Of a DNA stretch of 64,000 nucleotides, positions 25,992 to 38,904 are shown piece by piece (the first letter of the stretch is position 1; each line of letters begins with the position of its first letter). The DNA is from Balanoglossus misakiensis (taxonomy: Eukaryota; Animalia; Hemichordata). The stretch is from contig CM082587.2 of NCBI GenBank assembly GCA_040954595.2, positions 2,984,275-3,048,274 of the forward strand. Reading direction: 5' to 3'. The translations under genes and the position numbers were made by a program. The notes beneath the pieces were generated by a model. That model saw only the letters and a list, made by a program, of their open reading frames with translations. It had not been told where the DNA came from and did not search any database.

Positions 25992-27659
25992 TTCAGGAGG
26001 ATAGCCAAGAAAGTCATCTTGAATTTGACTGCCAAGACTAGGGCGGAGCTTCTTCAGATTTGTGAACAGTGGTGTCCCGTGGATATGTGCAGATTGCCCA
26101 TTGAAACATTTGCTGTCAAATACATGTGACCTCATGTCACTGCCATTTTTTCTCTCAAGAAACATTCCAGTATAAACTATTTGTATCTGAATATTTCCAT
26201 GGTTCATGTATTTAAAATCTCACATACAAACTACTGCAAGTGGCAGAATTCCGAACACAGAGGCTCAAAAGGGCCAATTAAAAGATAATAAAGAATTCTA
26301 CTATTAAACCTACTTTGTTGTGAATGAGCTCCTTTCTTCCATTCATGGTTCTTAGGAAGACGACAAGAAAATTAGTAGGAATTCGTCAGCTGTGAAATGA
26401 GCTAACGGTACATGTACATATCACAAACAAAACTGTTTTCCTGGTATTTATTTTCTCTGATGATTGGTAAGTACACATCTACAGAAAATCGAGTGAACTC
26501 GCAGCCTGGCATCCAAGTCCCCCATAAACCTATAAATCATACGACACTTTCAACACAAGTCTGTCTGAAAATCTATTTTGACAAAATGCAAGGAGCAATA
26601 GTCTATATTGCATTTGACACTGGAGGACTGCTCAACAGAAAAAAAACCTCTTGTATGAAATATATATATTAAAATATTTGCAGTTTGAAAAATGGAAATA
26701 TGAACATCTATTGATACAATACGTACAAGGAATCTTTTAAAGGTGTAAGTTTGCTGGTTAGATAGAAATGATGCAATCTTAATTTGATAACTTACAATGA
26801 GTTGATTAGGGTACTAGTAACTTACAATGAGTGATTGGAATGATTAAAGTTGAAAGGAAATCATCTGCACAGTGAATAAAATTGAGAGTTGCTTGGCAAG
26901 GCAATGTACAAATTCTTTACAAAGTACAATTATACACGCACACAAAACTTGCACAAATAAAGAATTTTGATTTTTATGAGAAAATATATTTCAGATCTGC
27001 ATATATTGCATTTACTGTGCTCAAAGGTGCAATACTGGCTATTTTTAACCCAAGTGGACACACAAAAATTAAAACCAATGATATTTTTCTTGAGGCCTAG
27101 TAGCTGCAACATGCATTATTTTTAAAAGAAAGAACAAAACTATACCTACCTAGCAGGAGAAATACTCTGCAATATATCAAGTGAAGCTTAGTATTCAAAA
27201 CTACACTACAGGCAAGAGCACACATTTCTAATCTTCTATTTTTTTTTCTCTGAGGCTTTTGTTTGGTGAATATTGTGAAAATTCTAAGTAGTGACTTCTG
27301 ATCTTGGTGGGACATACAACTAAATGCACAAAGTCACCATTCTTTTATGTTTCAAGGGTAAAAATGTTAACATGGAGGATCTCCAATCAAGGTTTTGCAC
27401 AAAGCAGGATCGTATGAATATTCTTTAGGGTGGGTTAATGACTACTAGTATGTCAAAATAAAATGAACAAAAGTATAAACAAGATATACGACATGGACAA
27501 TATACAGAGCACACATGTACACCAATTTACAGAAAAATACAAGTGGAGTGTAATTACAGTATTCACAGTTGCCAGTTAGCAATATTGTAATGTATATAAA
27601 ATAAGTAAACATGCCAAATGCGGGCGTCCGGACATTCAACGATGTGCAAACTGTTCACT

Positions 27660-30600
27660 TCAAAGCATGGGGGAGCGCGACTGTATTGGCGAGGTGGAAA
27701 TGGACGTGTCACCGAATACATTGGAGTAAGAGTTCTTGAGGAAAGAAACGTAGTTCTGCATGCTGCGGTTGGTGCTGTGGGACTGCTCCAGTCTGTCCTT
27801 CAAGTCGTACAGTCTGGAGTTGAATCTTCGCTCAGCCTGAAAAGTAGAGAGAGGTTTTGCATCAGATTGTGTAAGCACAAACATTCCTGTTTGATATATA
27901 GTAGAATGTTGATTATCCGAACCTCTGAATGAGGAACATTAGCTAAACACAGAGAAAAAATTTTCATGCTCCCCGAAATGTCAAGCTGAGTTGACTTCCC
28001 CTGAACCACAACCCTCACACTTACATCCTCCTTGGCTCTCTTGACCTGGGTGACCTCCGCTTTGACCCTGCTCAGCTGGGATTCCAACTCCAGAATCCGT
28101 GCCTGTGAATTTCTCTCCTTGGAAATCGACTTGTCCCTGGCTTGCTCCTCGGCACGGCGGGCGTCGGCGATGGCTTGCTCCAGCTGTCTGGTCAGACTGG
28201 CGTTTTCCCGGGTCTTCTCTTCCAGACGGATCTAGGAGGGGCAACGGAAAATGTGTGGCAAGACGGGTAAATATCATACCTTGTTTATGCCAATCAAACA
28301 CATATGTTGGGTAATGGAATTCAGCATACCATCATTACAGAAAAGACCAGTTCTTACCTGATGTTGATGCACTGTTTCCTCTCGTTTAGCAATGATGTTA
28401 TGAAGTTCTCTGTTCTGATCATCTGTCTCTTGAAGTTTCCTGAAATAATAATGGAGATCTGCATAAGTTATCCAGGAAGTGTTGTTACCAATGGAGCCAT
28501 TTTATACCCAATGTTAGAAACACTGCAGGATTCATCTTGTATCATTTGATCTCATTTACCTTTCCATGGCGTCCACCCTTGCCTGCAGATTCCGGACTTC
28601 ATCCTGACTTGCATGCCACTTCTCTCGGATATTCTCCAACTGATCAGTTTGGTGTTCAACCTGAAACAACACAAAGACCGAGTGAGTCGCAGTGTGGGTG
28701 AATTGCCAGCACAGAGCCTGACAGAATATAAGAAGTACTGTATCCCTGTGTTCTTGCACCATCCACCTTGGACAAAACATTAATGAGTGTTGGAGATTGT
28801 GTGCCCCTTGTTCAAGAATTAGCAGCTGGCTAGCAGAATATTAGGTTTAGGACATAGACTATAGACAGTAGAATGAGACTTGTTCAACCATCTATGGGTA
28901 CCAACAGGACATTACATTGAGGCAATAGGAGAAAGCTGTAAAGATGTAGTTAATTGCAAGCAGCATTAAAAAGATGGTATTATTTTCAGTGTTAATGTGG
29001 TACAAGTAGTCTTCGAAATGTGATGATAAATAGAAGGTACGTGAATTAGTCGCCCTGCACTCCCCTTTTCATCAGTGGTGCATCCCGTTCCACTGCAGCT
29101 GACAGTGGAATTGGGACCCATCCACCGAGCAGGTGACAGGGGGTGAGAAGCGTGAAATGAATAAAACGAAAAAGAGTGCCCACCTTAACAGTTAGATCAG
29201 AGATGAGTTTAGTTTGTTCGGAGTGTCTCTTTTCGTAAGCCATTAATTTCTCAGTGGATTCTTGCAGTTTTAGCTCGGAGGTGCGCAGCATGTCAGGCAG
29301 CGGCTCAAGCTCCATTAGTCTCTGCTGCAGTCGGGTTCTCACCTACAGAATATGGAAGAGGTAGTCATACAAAGCCTCTGTGTCTGTCACAGTGTGTGTG
29401 TCTATGTCTGTCTGGGGTTTGTGTGTGTATATCTCTGTACATCATCTGGGCTTGTGTTTGTGAACTGAATGTGTCCTGAAGGGAAAATCTCTCTCTCTGG
29501 TCAATCTACTCATTCGGAAAAGAAACTCGGACATTCTGCAATGTGACTGCTTTGCAATGACTGTTCATAAGTGACAATAAATATTGGAGTTGAGAGAATA
29601 TCAAACATTTGACCATAACCATACAGATGGGATGAAGATCATCTGAATTCTGATCTCACTTACTTTGTCTAGTTCTCGTTGACTGTCCTCCTGGATCCGA
29701 CTGGTCTCTCGTTCTTGAGCTTGTAACTTGTAAGAAGTCTCGTCCACATCCCGCTGTGAGCGACTCATCTGTAACACAAAGGGATAAATCTATTTTAATA
29801 CTCCTCACATGTAATTATGCTCAGCTTAGAGAACTATAGAGATTCTAATCTCAAACTGGACTGGTTCTATATTCTTTTTTCTACACAATGGCTCAAGTCT
29901 ATAATTGCCACACAGAAAGCAGATCTCTACAAAGCACACAAATTGTACCATGTTGGGGACATTAGGACAACAAACATGCTTTTTCAGTCCAGTCAGACAC
30001 ATGACCGGCATTCCCCAATGAGAGTCCTTTGATAACTCAGAACACGACTATCGAAAATTAACATGAAACAGCACACGGATCAAAAGTTGAAAAACATGAG
30101 ACAGGACGGTATACACATAATTTGTAAATGAGACAGGGATCATATTCCATCTAGGGGATGTAGCGGCCTAGCGTAAATTAATATAGCTTGCCTGCAAATC
30201 TAAACAAATCAAACATGGAGCAGTCTACGATTTATCTTTTGGCAAATACACATATTGCAACCCTAATATCCCTGTTTTACACAAAAAAATTATTTACACC
30301 AACAAAGAAAAATTACAACAAACTTTATAACAATTGACAGACAAAACATAGTGTCTGCTGCATGTACAAAAATATGGAGGTGCGTTTACATAAAATAACT
30401 TGAGAAAAGGAGCAAAATGAAAAGTTGAAAAAATAAGAAAGTATGTGTTCAGGAAGCAGAGAAGACAGACAGACCAAAGCAAACACAGTGATGTAAATCT
30501 GACTTGCTGGATTCTAAGAACACAGCATGCCACAAATAATTTATGGGTTTTTATTACAAAAAATGAGCAGAAACCTGATGGGTATCATGGTCATAATGGC

Positions 30601-33600
30601 CATGATAATGAGGAGGATGGTGGCGATGGAGAAATGATGATGATGATGTGTTGGTGGCTGGGTTAGTCTGTAGAATTAGAACAAAGTCATGATCAGTGGT
30701 GAGATTCCACGCTCACTCTACATGCAGTTAGTCACGGTAAATGCTTCAGTTGGCGATATCCACTCTGTGAAAGTACATGCGTTTTTTGAATGGAGCACAA
30801 GGGTGCATTAGACACACTGACTGCAGACAGAGCATGCAAACTGGACGTGCCACACCACCAATAACACCAAATTGGAAGGAGAGGAATTTTATTCTGTTTT
30901 ACACAGCCATCTCAAATTTGTGAAATAAACCCATGCCGCACAAGTCTCTGGTGCTGACATATTTTGCCGACAAATTTGAGACTGGCCCAGCAATAAAACA
31001 GCCCACACTACAGGATGAAACTTCACATACCACTAGTTTTGCATAGTTTGCTGGTGACACCTTTTAACGTTTTCAGAACATGGCATGGAAAAACCACGAT
31101 GCAAAAAAATATATAAAAAAATACACATCATAAATATTTGATTGGGTCCAAGGGTTAGGATACAAAAGATATGTTGAATGATGAAATGATTTCTTTCAGG
31201 ATGAATTATTTAAATTTACAGAGAAATGGACATGTTACTGATGGTGAGGCCCGTGAGAATAACATGGGTACCAATAGGCATGCTTAGTCAACAGACAAGA
31301 GGTGGACAATATGAGTGTGGTAGTCTCTACTTTATCCCATGCAGATAAGTCATTCTCAAGTACTGTTCAATTGTCACAAGCTATTGCGATCTATTTTAGA
31401 AGGTGTTCTCAATATGACAGACTCAGACATGAAGCCTGAAAGACGAGTGCCGTACTTGGCGATAGTTACAGCAGCCGAGTGATGGAAGTCGCGACCAAAA
31501 CCGTGTGGTCTTGTGAAGTGATTTTATAATGAGATGTGAAGAAAAAAGACAAGATGTGAGTACAAGTGTCAATGTGTATAAATGTATAGAGCACAGAGAA
31601 AATATGCCTGTCAGTGAAGCTATAATAATGTCTCGTAGTGTAGTTTGTACTAGATCAAATACATATGCATGTAATAAGACTTTGTTTGTGCAATTCCATT
31701 GAGTTTCAAATTCACATGTACGTGCAAATAACATTGGTTTATTTTAAAACATGTTGAATCTTACCTGAGCTTTGTATTCAGTGACAAGGCTTTCGTATTG
31801 CTGGATACTAGACTTCAGTTGGCTTATTTCATTCTCAGCGTAGGAAAGTTTATCTTCCACATTATTCAGAGATGACTAAAAAAAAAAAAAAAGAGAATGA
31901 TGCTAGCAATATTCCATGTGAAGAATAGTATTAATCATAGGTACAGATGAAAGCGTTCATTTCTGTGGCCTACACTCGCAGAAGATGCACCCCTCACCTT
32001 GAGCATGTCATTGTCCATCTTCAGAGCAGTGATCTCAGAGTTCTTGGTGCTCAGCTTGGAATTCAGGGAATCCATGTTGGCTCGGTTGGTCGACTCCATC
32101 TCTCGCAGCTGCAGCTCCATCTCGTCAATACGGCTGATTTGCGGAGAGAAAAAAATATAAATGAAAGTGTGTAAGTTAAAGTGTATGCAGACGCATGATT
32201 CAACTTCAATTTTTGAACTACACAACACTTACTCTTTGAAGGCTGACTTTTCTGCTTCCAGCTGTGCCTTCTCCTTGGTCACTTTGGTGGCCCTGGCTTT
32301 CCACTGATCCAGGTTCATCTCCGTCTCGGCAAGCGCCGTCTCCGTCTCCAGCAGAGTGGCATTCAGCTTCTCCACAGCGTCTTCACTTCGTGTCGCTCTG
32401 TCCTTTTGAACCCTGACAACAGACGAATACATTTGTTGGTGACCACTAACCCAAATTGTTTGCTTGTAATAGTGTATTCATATGTGCACTGTCTACATTC
32501 ATGCTAGTATAAAAACATATGCTGTATGAAGAAGCTTTGCTCAAAACATTTACAACCTTGCTCATTTAATGAACTTGAGAGAGGGAGGGGCTCAACTCAC
32601 CGTGTTGCCTTTTTCAGAGCATCTTTGTCAGCCATTGCTTTATCCTTAGCCGCAGACAGCAGACCCTGCAGATGTTCATTGTCGATCTTCTCCTGTTCTA
32701 GCTGATTCTCAAGACCCTGAAAATGGCAAGATGAAACATGATGGGCTTAGGTGCAAAGAGAGACGTTCTTGTTTGATTTGGTCTGGACATTTTTTCTTTG
32801 AATTCAGATGCCAGTCAAATGCCATGCTAATTAGCATGAAAAAACTTTTATTTTTCATAATACTCTTTGTTACAACATACCCTGATCTGAACAGCCATCC
32901 TGTTGACATCTGCTTCTCGTTTGCGCAGCTGATTCTGCAGGTGGGCGCGGGTTGTCTCTAGAGCGTTCTGCAGTTCGGACATCGTACGTGTCTGTTCCTT
33001 CTCGGCAGACAACGAGGCCCTCATGGCGTCCATGTCTTCCTGTTTGTCGAAGATCTGCCTTCTCAGCTTCTGATTGGTGTTGTCGGACTCGGTCAGCTTC
33101 TTCAGAAGCACGTCTCTCTGTTCTTCGGTTCTTTCTTTCGCAGCCTGCAACATCAAGCGACACATTCACACATCAGTATCAGGACAGTAATTCCCAGGAC
33201 ATTTACTATGACTGAAAAAAAGGCAAAAGAGTATATCTGCATACCTCCTTTCTGTGGTGTTCCCTGAGAAGTCTCCTGAGTGTTCTGTTTGTGGTGTCAA
33301 AATCGTGGAACCTCTGCATGAGAAGCTCTCGTTGTTTGGTCAACATCTTGGACTCTGATGAGGACAGTCTTCTCTCCTGCAAATGACAAGTCACCCATCA
33401 AATATTTATCACTCTCATTCAAATGGCCCTGATCCTCAATTCGCATTACACTACCACAGTTTACAAAGAAATCCTGGGTTGAACTTGATGAGATAACCAT
33501 ACCTGTCTGAGTCTGTGCAATGAATCTCTCAGTGCTGACACTTGCGTTGCGGCGGCATCACTGTCCATCTCGGCTTCTACGAGTTTTTTCATCAGTAGGT

Positions 33601-35443
33601 CTCTCTCGGAATTTAAAATTTCTGTCTCTGTCCTACACCAGTAAAACAAAATTGAAAAATAATCAATAGCAGTATTCCGTGGGAACTAGATGATGAAGAT
33701 ATCACCTGACAGGCGTGGGGTACAGACCAGAGCAATCAATTAAACCATCAGTCATCACAATAGAAACATGATTGCAATTTACACTGACTGTTAATTCAGT
33801 CTCAATGTTGGCATTGTTATACTCCACACGACTGTCTTACTAACCTGCTTGTGTCTGCCTCCTCTTTCAAGAATTCCACTGATCTCCTCAACAACTCATT
33901 CTCTCTGCCTCTGACATCCAACTCATCTTTGTATTCTTCTAACTCATCCTCCTGATCTTCAAGGAGTCTCTTGGACAGCTCTAGTTCGTCTTTCTTTCTC
34001 TCAACTTCACGCCTCGTTCTCTCAAGATCCCTCTGTAAGACAGAAATATTTCATTGCAGTTTCTTTATTTTCTCAGGAGAGACTTCAAACTCTCGGTAAT
34101 TCTAAATCTTTAACTGAATTGTACGTATAGTTACAAAATGTTTTTTACTCTCAATAACATACCTCAGTCTTCAATGACCCCATCTCTGTCATCAGACTAT
34201 CGATTTTCTTCTCATATTCATACATCCTTCTGTCTTCGTCCTCGTCCGAGAGATCTTCACGTCGCAGTGTGGAGTGTATGACGTTGGCGTCTGGTTGACC
34301 AATGTCAAGTCTGTGAGTGGCACCCTAGTTTGACAAAGAGTAATATCATTTCTGTGAACGGCCAATGATTGACAATTACAGACAGTGGTACTAAAACACT
34401 GTGTCCCTATACATGCATTGCAGGCCAAAAATTTTGTACGCGATCAAATTGTTATTATCTCATCTCATCTCACGCCTCAGTCAAGACTGTCACAATACCT
34501 GCAGTGACAATACAATTTCTTCTTGTACTCAATTATCATTCAAAGTAATCATTTGAAAATTATACTAGAAAATACTTAACCCGAGTGAAGTACAATGCCT
34601 GTCTGTTGGAACAACATATTTTCAAATCCTCAGTGGCAGTTATTCTAACGCTCTGATTTCTTTATCTCCAGTACAGCTTACCTTGGCAAAGTGCCACACA
34701 TGCCATTGTTTGATAAGGCCAACCTCAAACCTCCATTCATGAAAATACCTCGCCCATTCAAATCTGAGCTTGGCTCAGTTTTTAAAAAATCTCACCTGCC
34801 AGGTTAGTTTTTTGCCTCTTGTGCTCTTTCCTGGAGCTGGCACCCACGGTTCCTTTGTCCGAGATGATGTCCCTGAGTAAGTGTGCAGGTGCCTATGTCT
34901 GGATCGACTGAGACGCTCCTGAAATTACAACATTGGCCATAAATGTGGTGTATTTGTCTGTGATCTGACGCCTTGTTTTATGGAATACATATAGTAGGCA
35001 TGTTATTTTTAAATGTGAACTGCAGGCATTTTAAAAACTACCCAGAAGCACATATGGGAAAAGTGATTAAAATAACTTCAATGATAATTGGGAAAAAATG
35101 TCCTTCTTGTGATCAATAATACACACTGCAAATGTCCCTGTATGGATATTCATACATAATTGAAATGGTGACATAGCAGCTGCTTTAAGTAATGTCATTT
35201 CCATGGCAACCCTGGTTAAATTATTGTGGACTTCAGTTGGCAATCTTGCCAGCCTATTCACGTGTTGTGTATAGTATATCATTGGACGCTTGTGTAATTT
35301 CTAATTTTAATTACCTCGGCTGCTCTGGCTGTTGCAGATTTGAAGCTCCCTTTCTTGACGTGTACGTGAACTGGTGTGTCTTGGTCGACGTGGACGTGAA
35401 GGGGTGGCGAAGCTGAACGAGCTCTTTCTTTGTCAACTGTCAT
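27660..35443 (-). CDS. ODF2: Outer dense fiber protein 2 / cenexin (long coiled coil, ~17 coding exons)
   Basis: N-terminal MTVDKERARSASPPLHVHVDQDTPVHVHVKKG. Internal LMKKLVEAEMD, TNRTLRRLLRE, ETTRAHLQNQLR and LEPLPDMLRTSE. Cenexin-type C-terminus LEQSHSTNRSMQNYVSFLKNSYSNVFGD...SPIQSRSP. A probable non-coding first exon lies near 35979-36060. Confidence 0.92.
35197..35210 (-). promoter_or_regulatory. RFX X-box-like motif GTTGCCATGGAAAT in ODF2 intron
   Basis: atttccatggcaac on +. Near-consensus X-box just downstream of the first coding exon of a centriolar/ciliary gene. Motif match only. Confidence 0.4.
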
Positions 35444-36059
35444 TATTGGCAATATTGCATATCCCAACTCAATTGCCTCTTTAAAAATATTTTTTAACCT
35501 AGGGGGAAATTATTAAAGTACATACTGTCAAATTGTATGGTATTGGGTTTGAACTGCAAAATTGCAACAAATTGTCACAGATTTATGCCAGAAGAACAGG
35601 CTACTTACAAATGTAAAAGCAGTACAAAACTTCACTGACTGAGTCTTTGCCTTTTAAATTCTCAATAAAAATTGCAAAAATAAAACATTTCACCCAAATA
35701 AGACGTGGGTTGCTTTCTGATTGCAATTTTTATAAATCATATAAATCGCTATTCAATAGTCCTTGCTGAAGTATATATTCATTTGTAGAATTCTTGCTGT
35801 TGAAATAAAATACACCGGTATATCACAAGCTACTACAGTACAGGTATGTTGCTTGCTATGGAATTTTGGAATCAACATGGCCTCTCCAAAACGGATTGAT
35901 CAGTTACGGTCAAATTTTGCGGGTTTACAATGATAAACAGAAGATTTCTAGTAAATAAATATCACTTCTGCATACTCACCAAGCTTTGATACTACAAAAT
36001 GCACATTCAAAGAAACGCACAACGGAAATATTGCTTGAAACGGCCAAGAAGCAGACTGA

Positions 36060-36655
36060 CCAGTGTATGCTGTTGATGTTTATGGAGGACTGGACGGGAC
36101 GCTAAAATGGATGATCTGATTGGTTAGTTACTTTATGACGTCACAATTCAAACCTATGATGTGCCAACCATGTTTTCTTGCGGAAATTTCATAAAATACA
36201 CTAAAATAAACCAATCTATTTACTAGAAATACTTTCTTTATGTATGATCTATGATTTACAGAAAATCTAAGAACACTTGGACAATTTAAACCGGGGATTT
36301 TCTCAACTATAAACAACTTACTTCCGGGTTTGAAAAAGAGGCTGAGGGGATTCTCCAGTGGAGGAACTAATGAATAAACAACTGAACTTGGAGGTTTTCC
36401 AAAAATTGATGGAATCACATGTGAATGTGTACAAACTACTGTATTCGGGTTACTAGTGATTTGAGAAAGTGCGCAGACTTTCAGGTGTGAAGAATCAGTT
36501 TAGGTATACAAGTCGTTGCGTCCGATCACTAATCTATATACATACTAGCCAGAAAATGCTGTCATCCACCCCATTGTTTACGTGATGATGGTGATCGTGA
36601 AATTGACAACTTGACAGTGGTCAGCTGCTGGCTGGAGGATATCGACAATCGGAGG
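36060..36655. promoter_or_regulatory. Putative bidirectional promoter ODF2/TRUB2 with a CRE (TGACGTCA 36136-36143) and a CCAAT box
   Basis: Divergent orientation of ODF2 and TRUB2. gattgg at ~36118 is followed by tgacgtca, and an ETS-like acttccgg lies at ~36320. Confidence 0.5.
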
Positions 36656-38337
36656 ATGCGTGCCAAGCTAGCAGAAGTGGCCCATGCGGGCCTGAACGGG
36701 GTGTTTGCCGTGTACAAACCACCCGGAATGGCAGCTCAACAAGTTATGAAAACAATCCGATTCAACTTGCTGAAAGGTACACCCCCAAAGTTAACCCATC
36801 AATTGTGGAGTTGGTCATGTTCCTGAGCGAGTCTGTGATTGTGTACTGGGGTTAGAAATAACAACTCTAACAGTTACTTATTGTCAAATTTATAATTGCA
36901 GAGTTGAATGCATTGGAGCAGAGACCCCTGAAGACACTGGTAAAGATAGTGAGAAATGAAAATATAGCAGACTCCAACTCCAAGGCAATGACAGTGACCG
37001 AAGTGCCATGCTTGGCAGATCACCCACTGGCTTGTGGTCCACGATACCAGACCATGAGAACAAGTTCGTTGACTTCACTGGACAGAATGGCATCAGGAGT
37101 AATGGGTAAGGTTTTGGGTTGAGAAGTGTAGTTTGGTACCATTCAGATAAATCTGATGATAATCATCATACAAGTCTTGTCTCTGGCAGTCAAAAAACTT
37201 CATTGTTTTTTTTTTTCCAGTGGTTGCATTAGAGGAAGGGGTAAGGAAGCTAGCTACATTACACATGGCACAGTTTCCCAGTGTGTATGAACTCAAGGGC
37301 AGATTGGGCATGGCAACAGATACCTATGATGATACTGGTAAAGTTATAGAGAAGGTAACACACCGTAAGTACATGTACTAACATAATGGTTCTGCTATCT
37401 GCAGTGTGTTTACAGATGGCTATAGTGGGGTTATTGAGAGGCATTCCAGATTTTGTATCAGATCATTTCATGAAAAACACTCTGCCATATATTCTGTTTG
37501 ATTTTCCCCATTACAGACCATGTTACAAGGGAGAAAATTGACAGAGTGGTTGCTGCTATGATGAGAGTACACCAAAGTGCAATGACAAGGTGTGTATGCC
37601 ATTGTCATTGATATAAATGAGCTCCATGGGTTCCTGTGAACCATTTGCACTCTGCACAAACATAGATTGAAGCTCAGGAAGATAATGGTTCTGTGATTAC
37701 TTCCATCCAGATTCTCTGGTGTTGATATGCAGTCACAAGAAGCCTACGAGTTGGCAGTGCGAGGACTACTGCGACCGTCCCTGAATACACTGCCCTCGAT
37801 CATCCTGAGAATGAAGTGTACGCACTTTGAGAATCCAGACTTTACCATTGGTAAGTGTACCTAAAATACACGCATCACATTTTCTCTGAATCAAACGTCA
37901 TTTTCTGAACACCACTGGAAGGGTTCTTGAAAGGCTGGAGCAACTCTTAATGCGAAATTTCACTGCTGTATTTATTTTTTTCACCTGCTTCAGAAATGGA
38001 GTGCATCAAGGAGAAAGGGGAGTTCTTGAGGCAGACCATACACGAGATCGGACTGGACATGAAGTCGGCAGCCGTGGCAACCCACATCAGGAGGATCAGT
38101 CAAGGACCGTTCAACCTCGAGCACGCTCTGCTGAAGAAGCACTGGAAGCTGGACTACGTCCTTGACGCCATCGAACTGTGCCGGCCGCTGGTCAAGAAGA
38201 AGAAAGTCTTGCCGTATTACAGAATGCAAAAGACACTTCCTGAGGAAATTTTCAAAGAACTGAAAGAAACTGAGGCAAAGTTGGATGTTGTACAGGGAAG
38301 GAGGAAACTGCTGGAAAGTGGCGATGGAGCTGTTTGA
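36656..38337 (+). CDS. TRUB2: Mitochondrial pseudouridine synthase TRUB2
   Basis: LNGVFAVYKPPG, VPCLADHPLACGPRY, catalytic-region LDRMASGV, YELKGRLGMATDTYDDTGKVIEK, SGVDMQSQEAYELAVRG and LRQTIHEIGLDMKSAAVATHIRRISQGPF, spread over ~6 GT-AG exons. AATAAA at 38401. Confidence 0.92.
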
Positions 38338-38904
38338 TGCTTTTTATTGAATTTTCATGAAAAGAACACTATTTAGAAATGTTATTTTAAACTTACCAGG
38401 AATAAAGCTTTATAAATAAAATTAATTAAAAAGTTATTTGCGTTGAATTTTTCCATTGCACTCATTTGAGCTGTGCTCAGTAAATTTTGACATACAGGTA
38501 CCATGGACTGGAGTATGAAAAAAAATATCACGGTCATGTCCAGCATTGTAGGTTACTTGTATATGAGAGTTTTAAAATAAAAGCTGTCATGAAAGATACT
38601 TCTAAAAAAACTTACACTTGAAACTTGAATTGCGTCCTGCCTGTAGTGGAGAAAAGGTTCCCATTTTCCATGACATTTCATAGTTAAAATGGCAAGGTTT
38701 GTTTATATTTCAAAATTGCACAGTTCTCTTGATTTTAATAATTAGTGTCCTCTTAAGGATTTAAAAAAATCTTTGTAAAAATATTAATATTTTAAAAACC
38801 AATGCTGAAAAACATGGGCAGCTACCAAAAATATACACTAAGAAATTCTGTTTATGTCTGTGTTCTGCATGGCTTAGGTAACATTGGCTATGATGTCAGG
38901 ATTT

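Noticed and set aside
26788-26840. Short ~20-bp tandem duplication (taacttacaatgag) between EXOSC2 and ODF2
   Set aside because: Ordinary slippage duplication in UTR-like DNA.
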